64,000 bases of DNA. Origin: Candidatus Zixiibacteriota bacterium. GTDB lineage: Bacteria > Zixibacteria > MSB-5A5 > UBA10806 > 4484-95. The notes beneath the pieces were generated by a model that saw only the letters and a list, made by a program, of their open reading frames with translations, was not told the DNA's origin and ran no database searches. Positions 28,701 through 37,893 of the stretch are shown here, piece after piece. The stretch spans positions 96,001 to 160,000 of the forward strand of contig JBBIRK010000003.1 in NCBI GenBank assembly GCA_037441845.1. The letters run 5' to 3'. Made by a program: the position numbers and the translations under genes. Within the stretch, counting starts at the first letter, position 1, and every line of letters begins with the position of its first letter.

Positions 28701-30053
28701 TCGCCGATTATCGATTGCAGCCGCCACACCGATGTCGAACTCGATTTCTATCGCTGGCTCGGTATCGAGCGAAATACTTACGACCATGCCTACATTCAGG
28801 TTTACAACGGCGCTTCTTGGGTAGAGATATTCTCCAACCCCGCGACGACTATCGACGATCAGGCGTGGAACCTCGTGCATTATGACGTCTCCGCATACGC
28901 CGACAGCAACGCCGTTTTCCGCATTAGGTTCGGCCTTGGAACCACCGACTACGCGTGGCAGTATTGCGGCTGGAACATCGATGATATCGTGGTCAAAGGA
29001 TACTTCCAGGGCATAATTTCCGCTCCCGCGCTGGTGATCACGCCCGGAAATATCCTGGACAGCCTGGTTCAGGGAGAGCAGGTCCAGCATCAAATGACCA
29101 TTCGCAATCTGGGGAACGCCGCCTTGCAAATCGCGTTCACGCCCACACAAAGTTGGCTATCATGTTCCGGAGGCCAACTGAATATAGACCCTTTGGACAG
29201 TTCTCAAATCCAGATAACTATAAACACTGCGACTTTGAATCCCGGCTCTCATCCAGCGGCGATAAATTACGTCAGCAACGATCCGCAACACCCGAGCGGA
29301 AGCATCCCTGTAAATGTGGTGATCCGTGCACCGGCGGCGAGCGTTTATCCCGGCAGTGTTTGGGACACGCTGGCAGTCGAACAATCGAGCGACATTCCGC
29401 TTAAGATATGGAACAGCGGTGACGGCTTATTGATATTCACCCTTTCCGCGGATACCATGTTCTTGCGACGACCGGATACCCCCGAATCCTTTTCAAAAAA
29501 CGCTATTGGAGAAAAAATCGATCTGACTCCAGAAGGATTTCGACTCGAGGAAGGATGGCTGACGATCTCACCGGCTTCGGGCACGGTCCAGCCGCACGAT
29601 TCGATTTCGGCGACCATTCATCTCTCGGCGGCGAATCGGCCGGTGGGCGAATACAGCGGCCGAATAGTCATGACCACGAACGATCCGATCGATCCGATCA
29701 TTGTTATACCGGTCGAGCTGGTCGTTTCCGGTTCGGAATGCTCTTATTTTCTGGGCGATATAAACGGTGACGGAAGCGTTCTCGGCAGCGATGTCACCTA
29801 TGGGGTGCGCTATTTCAAATCGCTGGGTCTTCCGCCGCCCGACAGCTGCTATCTCGATTCGACGCGGGCTTATATCTATATCGCCGGCGATGTCAACGGC
29901 AATTGCGAATTTCGGGGATCGGATATCACCCGCCTCGTGGGTTATTTCAAAGGTGGAATTTCACTGAGTTATTGTCATTTTCTGCCGCCGATGATTCTTC
30001 CGCCGGGCCGAATCGGACCCAAAGCGGAAGCGATTCCGGCTTTGATCGAATAA
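25794..30053 (+). CDS. Gingipain-like C25 cysteine peptidase with propeptide, Ig/adhesion-type domains and C-terminal dockerin-like repeat
   Basis: YVLLVGD, VGRFS, NYCGHG (catalytic His), SVACVNG (catalytic Cys), FGDPS; twin GDxNG EF-hand-like motifs at the C-terminus. Confidence 0.92.
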   Translation: MNRFFSICAILMCLNFPVIGAERIVIDDRLPDLSVGVDFAGPTRTVLTIEIGGIRQTTVEIDGRLYHQLELEGEGNLAEPGQPAVPFITRSLLIGDKSRIRANIIEMEYQDFADFMVAPSKGNLPRTVDPETVPYAFDVVYLSDNWFPGEIIELGEPYIMRDFRGLPVHIRIAQYNPVKATLRVYKRLVIEFVDSGIDTRNTIERSQLPATIDPDWNEIYRRRFVNYSPDVLLYTPVLEAGEMLIICYDQFSSYMSPFVEWKNQKGMKTRLVNVSTVGNTGAQIKNFIQAWYDSTDLAYVLLVGDAAQVATYLLSGDASDPSYAKVAGADYYPDIFVGRFSAENAAHVQTQVQRVIDYEKNPSGTNWFRMAAGIASDEGPGHFGEYDYQHMNNIRTDLLANGYTTIDQIYDPGATAAQVSTALNAGRGFVNYCGHGSTTSWSTTGFSNTNVNALTNVGKLPFIFSVACVNGDFDGTTCFGEAWLRASSGGNPSGAMAAYMSSINQTWNPPMDAQDEAVDLLMAKTKTTFGGICYNGSCRMIDINGSGGADMFNTWHIFGDPSLLLRTDNPTTMAVAHSDDLLFTATQFSVTVSGVAGAQCALYHNGILFGSAFTDALGQAIIPISGTLPLGQGVLLTVTAFNKIPYIDTILVIAPTGPYIVFDSCIVNDLPGNGNGSIDYGESVFLGIRFRNVGPDTARNVVALLSSSDPYVLITDNSANYGSIAGNSGIGYVADGFSISIAADIPDNHAIPFHLDISGSALDNWVCDFLMVAHAPNLIFASATINSGGNNVLDPGENGIISVTVNNYGGAAAEAVTAQLFENDPYIDVIDASGYFGDIPASGGGNNDGDPFSLSISPTCPRGRQGQFSVVLAGTRGFVDTLAFSLVIGDKETIYADDFSVDRGWTGLGGTSEWTIGPATGGTGSDSYGGPDPANDHSPGTDNNVLGNDLTSGSGGDYNASIGQTYWATSPIIDCSRHTDVELDFYRWLGIERNTYDHAYIQVYNGASWVEIFSNPATTIDDQAWNLVHYDVSAYADSNAVFRIRFGLGTTDYAWQYCGWNIDDIVVKGYFQGIISAPALVITPGNILDSLVQGEQVQHQMTIRNLGNAALQIAFTPTQSWLSCSGGQLNIDPLDSSQIQITINTATLNPGSHPAAINYVSNDPQHPSGSIPVNVVIRAPAASVYPGSVWDTLAVEQSSDIPLKIWNSGDGLLIFTLSADTMFLRRPDTPESFSKNAIGEKIDLTPEGFRLEEGWLTISPASGTVQPHDSISATIHLSAANRPVGEYSGRIVMTTNDPIDPIIVIPVELVVSGSECSYFLGDINGDGSVLGSDVTYGVRYFKSLGLPPPDSCYLDSTRAYIYIAGDVNGNCEFRGSDITRLVGYFKGGISLSYCHFLPPMILPPGRIGPKAEAIPALIE

Positions 30054-30090
30054 AAACGTTCGATTTTGCCGGTGCTTGTAATTGAAACGG

Positions 30091-30121
30091 TCGGGGTGCG
30101 CAATCCGCGCCCCGATTTTTT
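30091..30121 (+). terminator. Intrinsic terminator after the C25 protease gene
   Basis: TCGGGGTGCG-CAATC-CGCGCCCCGA followed by a T run. Confidence 0.75.
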
Positions 30122-30413
30122 CCCGCTGTTTCGCAGGCGACCGACAACGATTCCGTGTTGAATAACTGAAAATGAATCGTTCAAATCCGGCCGATGGGCA
30201 AGAGTGCCCGGATTCGTACTTGACATGGCGTTCGGCTATGTATTATTAAGATATACGGAAATCGAATCGATAGGTAAATTCGATCCCGGCCGTTTTTCGG
30301 ACGCTCATTAAAATGGGGGTCAGACAATAGAAAGCTCGCATTAGTTTGGTAAAGAACGATTCTTCGGATAATTTATATCGTATCGAATTGAATTACCATG
30401 GAGGGTGAATTAA

Positions 30414-30905
30414 TTGCAATCGAATGATAACTTGCAAAAAAGCTTGATTTCGAGAGCGAAATCGGCGATTGAATTGACAGCCGCCGCCCGCAAAGCCGAA
30501 TCAGAGGGACTTCATCAGGCGGCGAAACTATTCCGCGCGCTGGCCAACTCGGACCAAGTACAGGCGATCGAACTTTTAAGGCTGCTCGGAGACTCGGACG
30601 ATGCCGCCGATTGCCTTTCTCGGCTTATAGACAATCGCACCTATGAAATAAGCCAGATGTTTCCCACATTTATCGAACGGGCCGAAGTCGATGGGGACCA
30701 CCAAGCCGCGAGATTATTCAAGAATTATCTCGCTTCGGACCGGCTGCAAGCGACAATGCTCAATGAGGCTATCGATAACCTGAACCGGCTCCGGGAGACT
30801 GATTACTGGGTTTGCCAGAGCTGCGGTCACCTTGAATCTGGGGACATGCCTCTTTCGTGTAAAATCTGCGGCGGCTCACGCGAAAAATTCCTGAGGATAA
30901 CTTGA
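30414..30905 (+). CDS. Rubrerythrin-like protein with degenerate diiron site and intact rubredoxin-like C-terminus
   Basis: AAKLFRA and TYE..MFP.F..RA helices; C-terminal CQSCG...CKICG; ExxH motifs replaced by DQVQ and DRLQ. Confidence 0.8.
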   Translation: MQSNDNLQKSLISRAKSAIELTAAARKAESEGLHQAAKLFRALANSDQVQAIELLRLLGDSDDAADCLSRLIDNRTYEISQMFPTFIERAEVDGDHQAARLFKNYLASDRLQATMLNEAIDNLNRLRETDYWVCQSCGHLESGDMPLSCKICGGSREKFLRIT

Positions 30906-30983
30906 ATCGGTCGAATGTCTCAGGACTTTCGTGAAAGAGGCTTCCTGCGGCTGTTGTTTGGCCGAATCGTGCGAAACGCTCAT

Positions 30984-31012
30984 TTGACAAGTCCGCCTCG
31001 ATATCGTATTCT
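30984..31012 (+). promoter_or_regulatory. Sigma70-type promoter for pepA
   Basis: TTGACA-17 nt-TATTCT. Confidence 0.6.
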
Positions 31013-31070
31013 GAATCGCAAAAGTATTCCGGCAACCCGAACGGCATTATCGGAAGGACGGTAAGTTAAA

Positions 31071-32507
31071 ATGCTCCAAGTCGAATATGCTTTCCGCAAG
31101 GCAGGCGCCAAAGATATGAGAATCGTAGTCACCGGCGAAAAAGACGGCAGATTTCCGGCGGTATTGAAACGGTTGGGGATCGATCCGGGGTTGGTCTCCG
31201 CTCGCGGTTTCAGCGGCAAAAAAGACGAGACGGCTGAATTCTGGGCCGTATCCAAAACCGGCGGCGATTTGATTATACTCGGACTGGGCGACGATAAAAA
31301 TACCGACAACGCCCGTCGGGCGGGAGGGCTGCTCAGCGCGATCGCGGCAAAGAAAAAATTGAACTCGCTGGCGGTAGTGTCGTTTCCCGAGATGAAGAAA
31401 AATCTGCCGGCTTTCATCGAGGGCATCGTTCTCGGCGGATATACTTTCGACCGCTACAAGTCCTCGGCGAACGGTCAATCCGTAATCAAAGTGAATTTCG
31501 ACGAATCCGCCGCTGCATTCAAGAACGATATCGATCGCTCTATCACGATCTGCAAGGCCGTCCGTATCGCCAGGGATCTGATCAATATGCCCGGGAACGA
31601 TTTGCCGCCCCGCGAATTGGCGGCGCGCGCGAAAAAACTTGCTTCCTCCTGCAAAATTCCCCTGAAAATATACGGACCTGCCGAATTGACCAGACTCAAG
31701 ATGGGAGCTCTTCTGGGCGTCGCCCGAGGCTCCGATCAGCCGCCGCAATTGATCGAGTGGCATTATAATGGAGCAGGCAAGAGGGAAAAGCCCATCGTGT
31801 TGATCGGCAAAGGAGTCACTTTCGATTCCGGGGGCATCTCGATCAAGCCCGCCGAGGGGATGCAGGAGATGAAAAACGATATGGCGGGAGCGGCGGTGGT
31901 CATCTCGCTTATGCATATTCTTTCCGAATTGAAGCCCCGACTCAATGTAATCGGGATCGCCCCCTGTGTCGAAAATATGCCATCGGGAAAAGCTCTTAGG
32001 CCGGGCGATATCGTGAAGGCATCCGACGGGCAATCCATCGAGATAATCAGCACTGATGCCGAAGGCCGCTTGATACTCGCCGATGCAATCTGCCACGCCC
32101 GCAAGTTCAATCCGTCGGCGATCATAGATATAGCCACTTTGACCGGCGCGGTCAGAATCGCATTGGGGGATACCACGGCCGGAATTCTCGGCAACGACGA
32201 CAAGATGATAGATCGCATATACGAGTCCAGTCAAAGGACCGCCGAAAAGGTTTGGCGGCTGCCTCTATGGGAGGAATACCACGAACTCATCAAATCGGAA
32301 GTGGCCGATATGAAAAATTCGGGGGGGCGGCCCGCCGGAACGATCACGGCAGCCTGTTTTCTGGCCAAATTCGTTAAGGAAACCCCCTGGGCGCATATCG
32401 ATATCGCCGGCGTGGACAACAACGATAAATCCCATCCTTATCTGACCAAGGGAGCCACCGGATTCGGAGTCAGGTTGCTGGCGGATTACTTGCTCGGCCT
32501 TGATTGA
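31071..32507 (+). CDS. pepA: Leucyl aminopeptidase (M17); alternative start 31116
   Basis: GKGVTFDSGG, MKNDMAG, STDAEGRL, ATLTGA, WAHIDIAG. Confidence 0.95.
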   Translation: MLQVEYAFRKAGAKDMRIVVTGEKDGRFPAVLKRLGIDPGLVSARGFSGKKDETAEFWAVSKTGGDLIILGLGDDKNTDNARRAGGLLSAIAAKKKLNSLAVVSFPEMKKNLPAFIEGIVLGGYTFDRYKSSANGQSVIKVNFDESAAAFKNDIDRSITICKAVRIARDLINMPGNDLPPRELAARAKKLASSCKIPLKIYGPAELTRLKMGALLGVARGSDQPPQLIEWHYNGAGKREKPIVLIGKGVTFDSGGISIKPAEGMQEMKNDMAGAAVVISLMHILSELKPRLNVIGIAPCVENMPSGKALRPGDIVKASDGQSIEIISTDAEGRLILADAICHARKFNPSAIIDIATLTGAVRIALGDTTAGILGNDDKMIDRIYESSQRTAEKVWRLPLWEEYHELIKSEVADMKNSGGRPAGTITAACFLAKFVKETPWAHIDIAGVDNNDKSHPYLTKGATGFGVRLLADYLLGLD

Positions 32508-32579
32508 GACTTGTGCCATCGCTCGATGCGGCCGGCATTGAGTGATTTTGAATTTCACGAATGCCGGGCGTGAGGGTAA

Positions 32580-32981
32580 ATGGCGGTTTTTGCAATGGCT
32601 CAGATATCGATTAAACTGTTGCCGTATGCTGCTTCGATCATCGTTGTCGTTTGGGGGTTGGCACATTTATCCCAGATAAAAAAAGTGACGGGACTTTTCG
32701 AAATGCTTTCCCCCGATAGAAAACAGATTTTCATGATGGCCTGGATCACTCATGCTTTCGTGATGATCTTTATCGGTGAATTGGTATTCTTCATAACCCT
32801 GAACCATGGCCGGGATTTAGCATTCAGATTGGTGGTGTTTTGGCTGTCGGCCGTATTTTTATTGGCCCTGGGCTTGATTTCACTTATCGCCGTCGCAAAA
32901 GCGCGGATTTGGATTCTCAAGCTGGACCCGTTGATTAAAACCTTAGCCGCAGGGCTTATTCTGCTTTCCCTGCTGGTCTAA
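32580..32981 (+). CDS. Hypothetical membrane protein (~4 TM)
   Basis: Four hydrophobic segments; GAGGG RBS. Confidence 0.7.
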   Translation: MAVFAMAQISIKLLPYAASIIVVVWGLAHLSQIKKVTGLFEMLSPDRKQIFMMAWITHAFVMIFIGELVFFITLNHGRDLAFRLVVFWLSAVFLLALGLISLIAVAKARIWILKLDPLIKTLAAGLILLSLLV

Positions 32982-33145
32982 TGATCCTGTAAGCCGCCTC
33001 CTTGCGTTGATAGGCACTCCCAAACCGCCGGTGGAACGTCGTATTATGGTACAATGATAAACAAGCCGAAAAGCAATGGTGATTTTGCAACTTATTATCT
33101 TCCAAAAGATAGTGAGCCTGGTCGGCAAATCCTGAAACGATTTTA

Positions 33146-33163
33146 TTGTGAAATTCGTAACAA
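33146..33163 (+). promoter_or_regulatory. Candidate Rex operator TTGTGAA-ATTC-GTAACAA
   Basis: Matches the Rex consensus TTGTGAAnnnnTTCACAA with two mismatches; upstream of dcd-por. Confidence 0.45.
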
Positions 33164-33180
33164 ATTAAGATAAAAATTAA

Positions 33181-33209
33181 TTGACTTGAATGAAACTTAC
33201 GACTATTCT
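33181..33209 (+). promoter_or_regulatory. Sigma70-type promoter for the dcd-por cluster
   Basis: TTGACT-17 nt-TATTCT with an AT-rich upstream region. Confidence 0.6.
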
Positions 33210-33249
33210 ATTGAATGAACTTGATAGGGAAAAGCGATAGCTGATTGCG

Positions 33250-33825
33250 ATGTCGATAATGTCGGATAAATGGATAATCGAGATGGCCGCTAAATGCGGC
33301 ATGATAGAGCCGTTCGAACGCTCATTGATCAGCGACGGCCGGATATCTTACGGCGTGTCATCTTATGGGTACGATTTCCGGTTATCCCGCGAATTCAAAA
33401 TGGCCGACACCGTCGGGGCAAACTTAGAATTGGACCCTAAGAATCCATCTCCGGAGGGTTTCGCCGATTTTGTGGGGGATATATGCGTTATTCCTCCGCG
33501 GGGTTTCGTAATCGCGCGCAGTCTCGAGTATTTCCGCATTCCCCGTGATGTTTTGGCCGTATGCCTCGGCAAATCGACTTATACCCGAAATGGATTGTTG
33601 ATAAATTTCGCCCCGTTTGAACCTGAGTGGGAAGGTCATGTCACTTTCGGGGTTTTCAATTCGCTGCCGTTTTCGGTGCGGCTGTATGCCGGTGAGGGAA
33701 TCGCTCAGGTTCTTTTTTTCAAGGCCGATTCAATATGCGAAACGTCGTATAAAGACAGAAAAGGGAAATATCAAGCCTCCACCGGGATTTCCTTTTCCCG
33801 CGTGGTCCGGGAGAACGAAAGCTAA
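33250..33825 (+). CDS. dcd: dCTP deaminase
   Basis: ISYGVSSYGYD, LEYFRIPRDV, GKSTY, PFEPEWEG, YKDRKGKYQ. Confidence 0.94.
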   Translation: MSIMSDKWIIEMAAKCGMIEPFERSLISDGRISYGVSSYGYDFRLSREFKMADTVGANLELDPKNPSPEGFADFVGDICVIPPRGFVIARSLEYFRIPRDVLAVCLGKSTYTRNGLLINFAPFEPEWEGHVTFGVFNSLPFSVRLYAGEGIAQVLFFKADSICETSYKDRKGKYQASTGISFSRVVRENES

Positions 33826-33887
33826 CGATTAGAAAGAAGAAATTTTCGATAGTTTGCTGATGTCGAGAGTAAATACAGGAGGATAAA

Positions 33888-34439
33888 TTGAAAGAAGTGC
33901 GTCTTCACGGACGCGGCGGACAGGGAGTTGTAACGGCGGCTGAATTGATAGCCCAAGCGGCTTTCGCCGACGGCAAATTTGCGTTGGCTTTTCCGTCTTT
34001 CGGCTCCGAAAGAATGGGCGCTCCGGTGACCTCATTCGTCAGGTTATCCGACAAGCCGATCCGCGCCCGCAATCAAATTTACGAACCCGATTATCTTATC
34101 GTTCAAGATGCCACGCTCATCGGCAGTGTCGATGTCACCGCCGGCCTGAAACCGGACGGGCTGATGATTATCGACACGGAGAAAAGCGCCGCCGATCTGA
34201 AATTGGCCACGAAAGCCAAGATATTCACCATACCGGCGACCAGAATCGCTCTGGAGATTATCGGACGTCCCATACAAAACACGACGCTTTTGGGATATTT
34301 CGCCGCGGTCACCGGCTTGATTTCGTTCGACGGTGTCAAGAAAGCGATAAAGCATCGTTTTCCGGCGGCAATAGCCCAGAGAAATATCGCTGCGGTGGAA
34401 AAGGCTTTCGCTCTGGCACGGGAGGTGGCTCATGTCTAA
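33888..34439 (+). CDS. porC: Pyruvate/2-oxoacid:ferredoxin oxidoreductase gamma subunit
   Basis: HGRGGQGVVTAA, FGSERMGAPV. Confidence 0.92.
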   Translation: MKEVRLHGRGGQGVVTAAELIAQAAFADGKFALAFPSFGSERMGAPVTSFVRLSDKPIRARNQIYEPDYLIVQDATLIGSVDVTAGLKPDGLMIIDTEKSAADLKLATKAKIFTIPATRIALEIIGRPIQNTTLLGYFAAVTGLISFDGVKKAIKHRFPAAIAQRNIAAVEKAFALAREVAHV

Positions 34440-34689
34440 GCCGATTTTGCTGGCTGCTGAACCGGGAAGTTCGAAAGTGAACAAGACCGGCAGCTGGCGC
34501 ACTATGGTGCCGATATTCAAGCACGAAACTTGCACCGATTGCCGTATCTGTGTCGTGGTTTGTCCCGATGCCTGCGTTTTCGGCCAGGATAATAAATATC
34601 ACGCCGATCTCGATTTCTGCAAAGGTTGCGGTATCTGCGCCTACGAGTGTCCGGTCGATGATATCGACATGGTTCTGGAGGTCAAATGA
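34432..34689 (+). CDS. porD: Pyruvate/2-oxoacid:ferredoxin oxidoreductase delta subunit (2x[4Fe-4S])
   Basis: KTGSWR, CTDCRICVVVCP, CKGCGICAYECP. Confidence 0.93.
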   Translation: MSKPILLAAEPGSSKVNKTGSWRTMVPIFKHETCTDCRICVVVCPDACVFGQDNKYHADLDFCKGCGICAYECPVDDIDMVLEVK

Positions 34690-35861
34690 GAAAATTATTA
34701 GAAGGGTCGATGGCGGTGGCCGAATCGATCAAATTATGCCGTCCTCACGTTGTCGCCGCATATCCGATAACACCGCAGACCCATATCGTGGAAAATCTTT
34801 CCCAGATGGTTGCCGACGGCGACCTGAAAGCGGAATTCATCAACGTCGAATCCGAATTCGGCGCCGCCAGCGTAGTGCTGGGAGCCTGCGCCGTGGGAGC
34901 CAGGGCTTATTCGACGACGACTTCTCAGGGACTGCTGTTGATGGCCGAGGTTTTATACAACATGGCCGGAATGAGGCTTCCGGTGGTTATCACTTGCGCC
35001 AATCGTGCCGTTTCCGCTCCGATCAATATCTGGAACGACCATTCCGACGCCATGGTGATTCGCGATTCGGGAATGATCATATTGTTCGCCGAGGATGCGC
35101 AGGAATTGATGGATATCCATCCCCAGGCCTACAAAATCGGTGAAAATCCGGAAATAATGCTGCCGGTGATGGTCAATATGGACGGCTTTATTTTAACGCA
35201 CGCCTTCGAATCGGTGGAAATGCTCGACCAGAAAGCCGTCGATGAGTTTCTGCCCCCGTTTAACCCGGAAATCAAGCTTGATCCGGCGAAACCGATTACT
35301 ATGGGAACTCTGGCCGAACCCCGCTGGTATATGGAAACCCGCTACAAGATCGCCGAAACTCTCGACGACGCCTTGCCGGTAATTCAGAAAACCGCCGAGG
35401 AATTCAAAGCCAAATTCGGACGCTGGTACGGCGGTCTTATCGACACTTATCGTCTCGATGACGCCGAATACGCTTTCGTGGCCATGGGGTCGCTTATCGG
35501 CACTCTGAAAGACGTGGTGGATGATCTGCGGGCGAAAGGGGAGAAGGTCGGCATTTTGAAAATCAGAAGTTTCCGACCGTTTCCGTACACCATGATACGC
35601 GATATCTGCAAGGACATAAAACAACTCATAGCGTTCGATAAATCATATTCTTACGGCTGGGGTTCGATTTTGCAAAACGAATTGCGCAACTGCTTTTATG
35701 GGCAGAAACATACTCCGATTATTTCCGGATTCGTGGTAGGTCTCGGGGGACGGGATATTCCACCGAAATCGCTGATCGATGCTTTCAAGATGGCCAAGGA
35801 CAAGGAAGTACTCAATGAATTCGTCGATATTAATCTCGAATTGGTAGGCGGGAGGAGGTAG
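34686..35861 (+). CDS. porA: Pyruvate/2-oxoacid:ferredoxin oxidoreductase alpha subunit
   Basis: [31 protein letters not shown]. Confidence 0.94.
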   Translation: MRKLLEGSMAVAESIKLCRPHVVAAYPITPQTHIVENLSQMVADGDLKAEFINVESEFGAASVVLGACAVGARAYSTTTSQGLLLMAEVLYNMAGMRLPVVITCANRAVSAPINIWNDHSDAMVIRDSGMIILFAEDAQELMDIHPQAYKIGENPEIMLPVMVNMDGFILTHAFESVEMLDQKAVDEFLPPFNPEIKLDPAKPITMGTLAEPRWYMETRYKIAETLDDALPVIQKTAEEFKAKFGRWYGGLIDTYRLDDAEYAFVAMGSLIGTLKDVVDDLRAKGEKVGILKIRSFRPFPYTMIRDICKDIKQLIAFDKSYSYGWGSILQNELRNCFYGQKHTPIISGFVVGLGGRDIPPKSLIDAFKMAKDKEVLNEFVDINLELVGGRR

Positions 35862-35863
35862 TT

Positions 35864-36784
35864 ATGGCTGAGACGACGAAAGCGAAAAAAGAAAAAGCCC
35901 CCGTCACCGAATCGCTGCTCACCTGCGGCCATCGCGCCTGCGCCGGATGCGGCGAATCGCTGGGAGCCAAACTGGTCATGGATGCTGCCGGGCCGAATAT
36001 AATCGTGGCCACCAGCACCGGTTGCCTCGAAGTGTTTTCCACTCCTTTTCCTGAATCGGCTTGGCGGGTGCCGTGGATTCATTCGCTTTTCGAGAATTCA
36101 TCGGCGGTCGCGGCGGGAATAGAGGCCGGCCTGAAAGCAATGGGTAAATGGAATGGCGTCAAGGTGATCGCTCAGGGCGGCGACGGCGGCACGGCCGATA
36201 TCGGTATAGGCTGCCTTTCGGGAATGCTCGAACGCGGACATGAAGTATTGTACGTCTGTTACGATAACGAAGCTTACATGAACACGGGGGTGCAGCGTTC
36301 GGGATTGACACCATTCGACGCCCATACCACGACGTCGCCTTCGGGTAAGGTATCGTTCGGCAATCAGCGTCCAAAGAAGAATCTGGTTGAGATTGTGGCG
36401 GCTCATAACATTCCGTATGCCGCCACCGCCACTGTCGGCTATCCGGCGGATCTTCAACGCAAGGTGAAGAAGGCGCTTTCGATCGCCGGTCCGACTTTTC
36501 TGCATGTGCATGTTCCCTGCCCGTTGGGCTGGGCCTATAAGTCCGAACTGACTATCGAAATCGGCCGATTGGCGGTGGAGACCGGGCTGTTTCCTATTTT
36601 CGAGATGGAGTGGGGAAAAATAACCCGGGTCCGCAAGATAACCAAAGAACGGAAACCGATCGAGGAATACCTTAAATTGCAGGGGCGTTTCCGGCACTTG
36701 TTCGCAAGCGATGAGGGGAAGAAGGAATTGGCCAAGATTCAGGCGATCGCCGATGCCAATATCGCCAAATACGGGCTGGTGTGA
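35864..36784 (+). CDS. porB: Pyruvate/2-oxoacid:ferredoxin oxidoreductase beta subunit (TPP-binding)
   Basis: [41 protein letters not shown]. Confidence 0.94.
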   Translation: MAETTKAKKEKAPVTESLLTCGHRACAGCGESLGAKLVMDAAGPNIIVATSTGCLEVFSTPFPESAWRVPWIHSLFENSSAVAAGIEAGLKAMGKWNGVKVIAQGGDGGTADIGIGCLSGMLERGHEVLYVCYDNEAYMNTGVQRSGLTPFDAHTTTSPSGKVSFGNQRPKKNLVEIVAAHNIPYAATATVGYPADLQRKVKKALSIAGPTFLHVHVPCPLGWAYKSELTIEIGRLAVETGLFPIFEMEWGKITRVRKITKERKPIEEYLKLQGRFRHLFASDEGKKELAKIQAIADANIAKYGLV

Positions 36785-36806
36785 TACTGATTGGTTCTAT
36801 CATTAG

Positions 36807-36836
36807 AGCGGGTATTAGACGATACCCGCTTTTTTT
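36807..36836 (+). terminator. Intrinsic terminator of the por operon
   Basis: AGCGGGTAT-TAGACG-ATACCCGCT followed by TTTTTT. Confidence 0.85.
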
Positions 36837-36933
36837 GTTTGAAATCTTTCGATCGAGCGGAACTCGATTTTTTCCGTATGAATTATTATTTTTTGCCGAT
36901 GACGCTATATTTTTTGAGGAAATCCGATAACCG

Positions 36934-37854
36934 ATGACCGCCCCTTGGTATTTTTGGCTGCTTTTCAACTTTTTCATTCTTGTCATGCTGGCTATCGATT
37001 TGGGTATTCTGCATCGCCATGCCCACGTCGTCGGGCTTAAAGAAGCGTTCACATGGACGATAGTCTGGGTCGTCCTCGCGTTGCTGTTCAATCTCTGGAT
37101 CTATTTTCATGCCGGAGTCAAACCGGCGCTCGAATTCTTGACCGGCTATCTTATCGAAAAATCGCTCTCAGTCGATAATGTTTTCGTTTTTTTAATGTTG
37201 TTTTCTTTCTTCCGGGTTCCGCCGGAATATCAGCATAAAGTCCTGTTCTATGGAATCCTCGGAGCGCTGGTCATGAGGGCTGCATTCATTTTCACCGGCA
37301 TCGCGCTGCTGAACAGATTCCACTGGCTGATTTACGTTTTCGGAGCGTTTCTGATTTTCACCGGAATCAATATGGCGATTCACAAGGACCATCGCCCGCA
37401 TCCCGAACGCAATCCCGTGTTGCGGCTGATCAAACGTATTTTACCGATGACCGGCGACTATCGGCGCGACAAATTCATGGTCAGGGAGAACGGGCGGCTG
37501 TTTGCCACCCCGCTGCTTGCGGTTTTGCTCATGATCGAATCGACCGATCTTCTTTTCGCCCTCGATTCGATTCCCGCCATACTGGCGATCACCACCGTTC
37601 CTTTCATCGTATATACATCGAACGTCTTTGCGATTCTCGGACTGCGCGCTCTGTATTTTGCTCTCGCCGGTTTCATGAGGCTGTTCAAATATCTGCAATA
37701 CGGATTGGCTTTTATACTGGTATTTGTGGGTATAAAGATGGCCGTCAGCGGATTTTATAAATTTCCGCCGCTGTTATCCTTGGCGGTGATTGCGACGGCG
37801 ATTCTTCTTTCGGTGGCGGCGTCGTTGGTCGCCGGACGCCGCACCAAACCATAG
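36934..37854 (+). CDS. TerC/Alx family membrane protein
   Basis: GYLIEKSLSVDNVFVF, GILGALVMR, DLLFALDSIPA, SNVFAILGLRALYF. Confidence 0.93.
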   Translation: MTAPWYFWLLFNFFILVMLAIDLGILHRHAHVVGLKEAFTWTIVWVVLALLFNLWIYFHAGVKPALEFLTGYLIEKSLSVDNVFVFLMLFSFFRVPPEYQHKVLFYGILGALVMRAAFIFTGIALLNRFHWLIYVFGAFLIFTGINMAIHKDHRPHPERNPVLRLIKRILPMTGDYRRDKFMVRENGRLFATPLLAVLLMIESTDLLFALDSIPAILAITTVPFIVYTSNVFAILGLRALYFALAGFMRLFKYLQYGLAFILVFVGIKMAVSGFYKFPPLLSLAVIATAILLSVAASLVAGRRTKP

Positions 37855-37893
37855 ACGACTATTTTGGCTCAACTCGTAAGTCGTCAGAAAACC

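Noticed and set aside
26490..32234. Long antisense ORFs (e.g. 26490..27605, 31047..32234) and similar shadow ORFs across the window
   Set aside because: They lie opposite well-supported genes, have no recognisable motifs, and are expected from GC-rich codon bias.
36840..36933. yybP-ykoY (Mn) riboswitch upstream of terC
   Set aside because: The leader is short and AT-rich, without the conserved GGGGAGUA/CGAGAC-type motifs.
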